From Octopus sinensis (taxonomy: Eukaryota), in assembly GCF_006345805.1 (NCBI RefSeq), contig NC_043005.1, positions 81,716,001-81,780,000 of the forward strand: a stretch of 64,000 bases of DNA. Reading direction: 5' to 3'. The stretch's first letter is position 1. Every line of letters starts with the position of its first letter. Positions 54,784 to 64,000 of this stretch are shown piece after piece. The notes beneath the pieces are model-generated. The model did no database searches, was not told the origin of the DNA, and saw only the letters and a list, made by a program, of their open reading frames with translations. The translations under genes and the position numbers were made by a program.

Positions 54784-56312
54784 ATAGATATATATATATA
54801 TTATATATATATATATGTATGTATATTACATGTATGTATATTATATTATGTATATATATATATATGTTATATCTATATATATATGTATATGTAATATATA
54901 TATGTATGTAATATATATTATATAATGTATATATATATATATGTATATACATACATATATATATATATACATATATAGCTATATATTCTATATATATGTA
55001 TATATGTATATATATGTATATATATATATGTAATATATATGTATATAGATATATGTATATAATATATATATATATATATATGTACTATATATATATATAT
55101 ATATATATATAGTATATATATATATGATATATATATATATATTTTATATATATATTGTATATATATATATCTAGATATATACTATGTATATTATATATGT
55201 ATATATAATATATATATATATGTATATTATATATATATATATATATATATTATATTATATGTAGAGATATATACATATAGATATATATGTATATTATATA
55301 TATTATATCTAATAATATATGTATATATATATATCATATATATATAGATATATATGTATATATATATATATATGTATAATATATAACACTATATTGTATA
55401 TATATATGTCTATATATACTATATATATATGTCTATATATATCTATACCTATATATGTCTATATAGATATCTATATTATATGTCTATATATTATTCTATG
55501 TCTATATATATATATCTATATATAATATATCTATGTATATATCTATATCTATGTATATATAATATATGTATATGTATATATGTATATATATGTATATTAT
55601 ATTATATGTATATATATATATATATGTATCTATATATATATATATAGTTATTATCTGTTAGATATGTATTATATATAGATATAGTCTATATATATATATG
55701 TATATATATATCTATATCTTGTATCTATATATGTATTATATATATATGTATATATTATATGTATATATATATATGTATCTATATGTATATATATATTATA
55801 TATGTATTATATATCATATATGTATATATAAATATAATAATAGTATCTAATATATATGGATATATATCTCTATATTATGTATATATATATATATATATGT
55901 ATCTTATATCGATATATAATATATATATCCTATATATATATATATATCTATATTATAATATAATCTATATATCTGTTCTATATCTATATGTCATCTATCG
56001 ATATTCATATATTATAATATATAATATTCTATATATATATTATTATAATATATATATGTATATATATCTATATATAAAATTTTATATATATATATGTATG
56101 TATATATCCATGTATGTCATATATATATATATGGATACTATCTATATATTATATATACTAGATGTCTATATAGATATATGATATGTATAATATATATATA
56201 TATCTATTATATATATCAGATATGTATATACATAACTATATATAATATATATAATATATATATATATATGTATATATGTATATATATGTATATATATCAG
56301 TATATATATATG

Positions 56313-56357
<45 letters not shown>

Positions 56358-56381
56358 TCTATATATATATATTATATATGT

Positions 56382-56413
<32 letters not shown>

Positions 56414-56680
56414 TATAATATATATATATATTATATATATATATGTATATATATATCTGTATGTATATATATATATGTATATACTTATGTATATATCTAT
56501 ATATATATGTATATATATATGATGTATATATATATATATATTATATATATATGTGTATCTATGTATGTGTATATGTATATATGTGTATATGTATAATATA
56601 TAGTATATGTAATATATATATATATATATATGTATGTATGAATGGATATATAATATATATATATTTACATACATTATATA
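53944..56680. repeat. ~2.7-kb degenerate (TA)n array
   Basis: Directly visible; interrupted by a 45-bp complex insert at 54000-54044. Confidence 0.95.
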
Positions 56681-56684
56681 GTAA

Positions 56685-56872
56685 ATCCAAAACAGAAGAT
56701 GAACAAGAACAAAATAAACAACAACGCGAGGACGGGGTACATGTAAAGTATTAGAAAGCGCTCAGGGAAGGAAAAAGAATGGTTTAACGTTTCGAATAGC
56801 GCTCTTCTTCACAAACAGGGGTAAGTCCAATAGAAAAGAAGACGGTGGAAGAAAATCGCCAACGATTCACTA
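56685..56872 (-). mobile_element. Short non-autonomous element related to 3840-4025, with hammerhead-like motif
   Basis: Flanked by TA tracts; minus strand GUUU GUGAAGA A GAGC GCU AUUC GAAA CG UU AAAC at 56782-56816. Confidence 0.55.
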
Positions 56873-57452
56873 TGTATATATATATATATATATATGCATA
56901 AATTAAAGGAAGAAGAAAACAAGAAAACAATCACTCAGCAGGCAGCTTGCAGTTACCTTGGATTATGTGTAAGGAGGTACGCCTTCACGGAAATATAGAA
57001 AAACCACCATAACCTCGAAAAAAACTATAAACTTTACACTTTTACTTTAAATTTGCTCTCTAGAACATTCCTGTACACAACACTTTGTGTCTGTTAACGC
57101 AGTACCCAGTACATGGGATTGGAGATCAACACATTGATCCATTATCTGGGATATCCCAGAAACAACTGTAAGACATTGCTTATTTTTAGTTTTCCTTAGT
57201 TCGATACAACTTTACATTGATAAAAATATTTTCAAATTATCTGATAAGCTTCTATTGCCCTGGTTTTGATTTCCTCTTTCCTCTTCCTCAAATTTATTCC
57301 CGCTGACTCGGAAACTTGCTAGGGATCTCTGACCCCAGCCTCCATAGTAAATTCGGATCTTTACGGATTACCTATTACAACAAATACGCTGTGTACTTTT
57401 GTTTAAAACATCAATGACCTAAACCTCTCTCTCTCCGTCTCTGTATACATAT

Positions 57453-57536
<84 letters not shown>

Positions 57537-58719
57537 CTAATACATACAATACAGTTAACAAATGTATTGGAGTAATATATATATGTATGTATTTATAAGC
57601 GAATGTCCTTGTAGTGGTAACTCTTCCCTCATTTCTCGACAACCGGTAATCCTTTTTTAACGCCTACACAACCTAGCAGTTCATCAAATAAGTACTAAGT
57701 AATAGATACCAGAATTAAGTATATAAGCACTGAGGGTGATTTGATCGACAGAACCCTCACTGAAACACCCAAATGAAATATCAGATTAAATGAAAATGAT
57801 GCCAATATTGTTGTGTATATATTGCTGTTTTATTTAATTGTAAACGACTCCTTTGTTAAATCATGAGATAATATTTTTTTTATATTTAGGAACCCACGTT
57901 AATGCAACTTTTGAGAGAACGGGGAATATTTTAATATAAAGCCTAGAGATTTGCTAAGCGGATGAGTGTTGTTTTAGATATTACAAGAAATAAAGATTAA
58001 ACCGATTTTACGTTTTAATGTCTTTCATCTCCCGATTTTCTTTGATTCTCCATATGGAGACTTCTTGTTATTCGGATTTGATGTAAACAATGAGATGCAT
58101 TAGGTTTTTATTAAATTAATGTAACGAGATGAAACATGGAACATGTTGTTGAAGCAAAACATACATTAGATATATAAAGAGAAAGTTAGAGGTGAAATGC
58201 AATAACAATTCCCAATGAAATCCCAATATTATATTGAATAAATGCTAGGTACAGAAAAACGGATGTAAAAGAGTTAATAGATCGTAGTATAAGAGTTGGA
58301 GATTTTGGATGCAGAAAAGATTTCAAATTACAAATGGAGGAAAATATTTTGAAAATTTGAACTAAAGAAGTTTTAAAAATTTATACATGGATGATCAAAA
58401 GTAATATTTCTCTTTCATTTTTCTGACTCCACTGGCGTATTATCTAATTAAGTTTTACTAAAATTAAATGTTTTATTTGCCAAAATATGGATGTGTCGTG
58501 ACGCTGTTAAAGATATTTATTTGTTTTTCTTTTTCTTTTTTTGCAATGTAGTTTTAGATGGGGGTAAGCTGAGATGACAAAGTTGATTAGTTTTGGCTTC
58601 GCTCTGTAAATGTTTCCACTTTTAATGAGTTGTAAGCACAATAAATTTGGAAACATGAATAAATTCGTAAAAAAAAACAGCTCATGCTTTTCTACACAGC
58701 ACATACATATAGGGACAGA

Positions 58720-59105
58720 CGTGACCGTGTGGTTAAGACGCTCGCTTTGCAAACACGTGGATTTAGGTTCAGCCCCACTCTATTGCATACTTCCAAATGT
58801 TTTCTTCTATTGCCTTGTAAGTGAATTTGGTAAACGGAAAGTGCGTGAAAGCCTGTCGTAATTGTTCGTGTCCATGTAGATATACGTGTGTGTGTGTTTG
58901 TGTTTTGTTTTGTCTCTAGTGTTGATTTGTTTACCTATGTGTACTGTAGCAGATTGGGAAAAGAAACCGACAGAATATTACCAAACTTAAAAAATAGATA
59001 CTGGGGTTGATTTGTACAGCTAAAACACTTCATGGTGAAGCCCCGCCACCACCACCCCACACACATCGGCACGGTTGAATGACTGAAACAAGTTAACGAT
59101 AAAAT
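58720..59105 (+). mobile_element. SINE family A, old copy
   Basis: gtgaccgtgtggttaag...ggttcagcccc...gtgaatttggtaaacggaaa...tgactgaaacaag. Confidence 0.75.
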
Positions 59106-60384
59106 ATAAAAAACTAATATGACACTTCAGTTTCTATAAAATATATTCAAATTCGCGAATTCCATTGAATGAATTTTGCCATGCAGGCCATTAGATTTTT
59201 TGAGGACATAGATTTTTATATGCTTTATTAAAAAGCACTTATATTAACTGTGCTGATGTTAGTTGAATGATTGCAATTCTCTTTCAGAGAAATGCTATAT
59301 TGTAGAGTCAAGACTATTGAAAAGGTTGCAAGACGCAACGAAAATTTTAGGAAAATAAAAATAAGAAATAAGTGGTAATTTTACCGCTGTGTGTGTTAGA
59401 TTGTAAGATGCAAAATGAAAATTACTCTCGCCAGACACAACAGAATATGCTTCAACACACGAACTCACATAAAGAATCTTGAAAACCAAATACAAACACG
59501 CTATAACAGAATTTATTTAGTTAATTCAACACATTTTTCATGAATCAGCATGGCTTATCACAACTCTTCTTAACGTCCGTTTCTCGGTTAGCTATAAATG
59601 TTATGTATACTATCATTATTATAGCATTATGGTAATGATTTAGCCAAGAGTTTTAGAAATAGATTTTGTGGACAGAAAAAAACTACTATAGCGACGTTGG
59701 CAACCTCTGATTCAAAGGTACTTTTATGATATTCTGCTTTGAGTTCGTATGGTACTATACAATGAGCATTCAGTGTAATCGTTTGCAAAGTCTAAGGATA
59801 ATGATGTGGAGAAGATGGAAATAGAATCTCAGCATTTTTTATTATAACTTTACAGGAAATGTGAGTAATAAACTATAAACAACATTGTTTTCTATTTACT
59901 TGGATTTATGACTAGACAAAATATTACACCTTATTGTGAAGCTGCGAAAAAGAAAGAAACAGCGCAAAGTTAAACGGAAATAAGAACATTCCAATCTTAT
60001 GCTTGCTAAGTGAAGTGATTTCTACTTCCTCTCCAGTGCATGCATACACAATCATTCGGCAATATTGCTTTCTTAAGAAGAATATGTGCAAAGCTTTATC
60101 ACTTTACGGCAAAGGGTTGTTGATGTGACGTAAACGCATTCTTTTGCAAGATTAATGCTCAAGTGCAGGTGCTTTGTATCTATACTGTCACGGACCTGAT
60201 CTTAGCTGAAACTTACTACATGCATAATAATTCCCACAATTCCATTTGCAATAGCCAACAAGTCTTCGCTAAAAGCAATCCCATTTGAAGCAGACAGAAA
60301 CCGATAAATAAATCCAGGTAACGCAATGAATGATGAGAAAACAAAATACTGTATATATAAATATATTTTAATAACTAAACTACT

Positions 60385-60900
60385 CAGGGAACTATGTTTG
60401 TTCCCTGCCTTCCGTTCCCCGCTTGTCTGAGCGCCGGGGCCAACAGCGGCAAGCCTGTGCCAGCCGCCGGGAGCTCCACCGCGCTACCGTGCCTGCGATC
60501 GTAAGAATTTTGGCTTGTGTTTGTTATTAACTCGGAATCTATCTCAGTCCATTAACAAAATGCTTCTTTATTTTCTAAAAAATCAAAATGACAATTAGTA
60601 GAAAGTATAAATAAATGACTGAAACATACTATATAAGAGGCGCAAGGTGACACCGACCACTCGAAAACACCGGACGTTTAGGTGAGATTATGATCCGTGC
60701 ATCGAGGTGTTTGCAGCCGATCCCGTAGGCGGACGGATTCACCTGCTGGACTCGTGGTTATGGCCACGAAAGTCGGGTCCCTGCTCGTTCCTTCGCTAGG
60801 TCACTCGAAGTCTTGCAGAAAATCGGCGGTGTCGCTGCCCACTATAAAAACCAGAGCATCCCGATGAGCGCGTAGATTCGGATTGAGTGATTCCAACCAC
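60385..60900. other. Unassigned GC-rich, CpG-rich structured island
   Basis: Two GC-rich blocks (60385-60500 and 60638-60900) in AT-rich surroundings, TATA-like words at 60630 and 60843, several hairpins; no recognisable ORF. Confidence 0.6.
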
Positions 60901-61623
60901 AATAATATACCGGCATCTTGGTGTAGATGACTTATTTACTATGCTTCAAGGCAAAACGTAAAACAATGGTTTTTGTGTTAGAACTTGACACTAAAAGATA
61001 TTTCAAAGCCCGTTCTATATTTCTATATAATATAAATCATATGAAACTACTAACCCGCCCCCATTGAACACGATGCCAGTCCATTGCAGGACTATTTATT
61101 TACAGCTAAGTGAACTGGATGAAAGTGAAATGATGTGGTTTGCGATCCGTCGGGGTATTGAGAACGCGATCTCGCCATCATGAATACAACACTCTGATCG
61201 ATCGCTCACACGCCTTTACAATTTCATGACAAATATATAGAACATTCTTACATTTGTCCAATAATCCAGAGACTGATTACGCAGTGCACAACTTGTTAGT
61301 ATTATTTGCTTACCAGAGTTTGCTTTCTATACGTATTGCATTTAATTTGATAGACATTTGATTGTGATTTCAGCTAGACACGAACATAAAAGCTAACCTT
61401 CGTCAAAAGCACCAAGAACAAAACACAAGACATCGGTCGTTGGAAAAAAAAGTAGAGAGTAGAAAAAATAGCTTTCATGATATTTACGGATACGCAGAAA
61501 ATCATACGTAGTTACGCTCATGTAAATTGCGTGCGTACCTAAACACACTATAACACACACATACATACATACACACACGCAACACATACATATATACATA
61601 TATATAATATATATATAATATAT

Positions 61624-61659
<36 letters not shown>

Positions 61660-61819
61660 CATTCATATAAGTGTACATTTTGTTATATATATACATATAT
61701 ACATACATATATATATGTGTGTGCATAAAATTACATTAATGTGTTTGTGTGTACGCTATATCCAATAAGTCTTGTAACCAACTGAATGAACTTAAAAGAG
61801 CTTGTAATTGAAATCTATC

Positions 61820-61876
61820 ATAAACTTAACGTTTTCGTTCTATCTTCATATTATATATATATATATATAATATATA

Positions 61877-61917
<41 letters not shown>

Positions 61918-62315
61918 TATATATGTATGTATAATGTATATATATTATGTATGTATATAGATGTATGTGTATATATATATATATATGTATATAGATGTAC
62001 GTGTATATATATCTATATATGTATATGTATGTATGTATATATATATATGTATATATATGTATGTATATATATATATGTATATATATGTATATATATATAT
62101 GTATGTATATTATATATATATGTATATATATGTATATATATATATATATGTGTGTGTATATGTATATATATATATTTGTACGTATATATATATATTATAT
62201 ATATATAATTTTATATATATATAATTTTATATATATATATGTGTGTGTATATATATATATATATATATAATGTATACACACACAGACACATATATACACA
62301 GATACAATTAACATG

Positions 62316-62346
<31 letters not shown>

Positions 62347-62385
62347 ATGTGTGTGCATGGGTGTGTGTATACGTACACAAAATAT
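61820..62385. repeat. Degenerate (TA)n/(TATG)n array
   Basis: Directly visible. Confidence 0.95.
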
Positions 62386-63079
62386 ATATAATATACCGAT
62401 AGCGTGGCCATTTATTTACTTCGTTGATCATTTATAGTAAGCCTCTGAACTGAACACTTTTACCTACCAATATCTTTTCTCATTTCAAATCAGTTCAACA
62501 ATGAATCTGATCAGATTACTTCCATTGATACGACTATTGATGAAACTTTTAGTAGTTCGAAATTATTTCCCATAAAACTCATTTCTTCCAATCTCCAAAT
62601 ATATTGCAGTCCATTTCTATCGCACTGTGCATTAAAATTTCATCTAATTGTTTCCCTATTGCAACGATTGTATGAATACAAAAGGTTTACTACATTACTC
62701 TATTATAAAATCCAGTTTTAAATTTTGAGAATAAGGTTGTTATTCTATTCAGATTTACAATTTCAAATGGAAAACATCGAACTCTTAACATTAACGTTAA
62801 CTGACCTGATAAATATCAATATTAGATGTACGCAAGTTTAAATTAAATATAGTATATTTTTTTATACAAGTGTCACACATTCAGACGGTTAATATCTGAT
62901 TATCAGATATATTCGAACGATGCATTTTACTAAATATACACCACATATGTGCATCGGAGTGGGGAGAAGGAATCTACGGGAGAATATTTGTACTCAAGTG
63001 TCGGGACTACTGCTCTGAACTTTGGTATCAAATTAATAACCGAAGTTGAGGTAATTGATCGGTGCTACAACCGGAAAAA

Positions 63080-63262
63080 TGCTTCAATGGAACAGCTGAG
63101 CTACTGGGAGAGACGAAAGAGCTACGACTCTATTCCATGGAACGAAAACAGGAGAGATATGCAGTAATGCAAGTATGGAAGATGCTGAGGTGTGCCACCA
63201 AAATTTGGCATTGAGAGCTATACCTACCCCGAAGTGGCCTCACTGCACTGCTCCGAACGTCA
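63080..63262 (+). mobile_element. CR1-type LINE fragment, same family as 50137-50630
   Basis: EQLSYWER...LRLYSMERKQERYAVMQVWKML...FGIESYT. Confidence 0.7.
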
Positions 63263-63589
63263 CACGCACACACACACCACACACATATATATATATCTAA
63301 TATATGTTATATAATAATATTATATATATATATATTATATATATCATATATATATACACGCACATATATATATATATATATGTATATAGGTAAACGGCAT
63401 CGAATTGGGAGGGGCATTAGGTCCCAGATACAAAGCCATGCTCTACCTCTGTACACTTTGATTAGACTAAGTCACACTGAAGTCAAATTTGCCTTTAATC
63501 TTTTCTTAGTCGGTAATTAATGTATATGTTTATATAGTGACAAATATTTGTGTTCACATAAGCTCACTCTCTCCATAAAATTCGACATT

Positions 63590-63725
63590 ATCTGTACAGA
63601 TGCATCTTGTGCCACATGTCAGGTGACGACATGATCGCAGAGCAACGAGAAATGAAGTGCTTTGCTTCTCAAGAACACAACGCGATCTCGCAATTGTGAG
63701 TGCAACACCTTAACCACTAAGCCAT
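63590..63725 (-). mobile_element. SINE family C-like fragment
   Basis: gcaacgagaaatgaagtgctttgcttctcaagaacacaacgc is the reverse complement of the family C core. Confidence 0.6.
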
Positions 63726-64000
63726 GCACCATACTCACATATACATATACATGTTAATGGATGGATGGAGAGGAGTATATTATTACAGGAATCTGCGTTC
63801 CTTCAGGTTAAAGGATGCATATATTACATGTATAAATGGCAGCAACGTAAATGTTATTAGATTACATACAAAAAAGTATGTGATGAATGTAAATGAGAAA
63901 CTTCATTATTTTTTTCTTTTTACAAATTCCAATTGAGGTAACTTTTTTTTTGAAACGTTATGTTGGCAAAATGTAATCATAAAGGAAAAGTCGAAAGTAC

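Noticed and set aside
60030-60130. Possible C2H2 zinc-finger relic on the minus strand (PF...SFAH...TGE)
   Set aside because: It needs several frameshifts and lacks the Cys/His ligands.

Overview
AT-rich, repeat-saturated animal genomic DNA. The SINE families, R4/Dong, RTE and CR1/L2-type LINE debris and very long (TA)n/(CA)n/(GATA)n/(TAA)n microsatellites resemble an Octopus-type cephalopod genome; this is inferred from recalled repeat families, not a database hit. I found no convincing host protein-coding exon, rRNA, intact tRNA or CRISPR array. Almost all ORFs in the track are microsatellite read-throughs or LINE/transposase fragments. The window holds three R4/Dong-clade remnants, four CR1/L2-type remnants, three RTE 3' fragments, an internally deleted mariner and a related MITE, hAT and Tigger-like MITEs, a Helitron-like element, and about 18 tRNA-derived SINE copies from four families. 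The most interesting signal is a set of minimal type I hammerhead ribozyme motifs in several unrelated short elements sitting in (TA)n tracts. The best are at 22035-22077 and 35815-35862 (minus strand); both have a self-complementary helix III of the kind described for dimer-cleaving Penelope-like/retrozyme hammerheads. Second is an unexplained GC-rich structured island at 60385-60900 with a 7SK-like GAUC/GAUC hairpin. All analysis was by eye, and SINE/LINE remnant boundaries are approximate.
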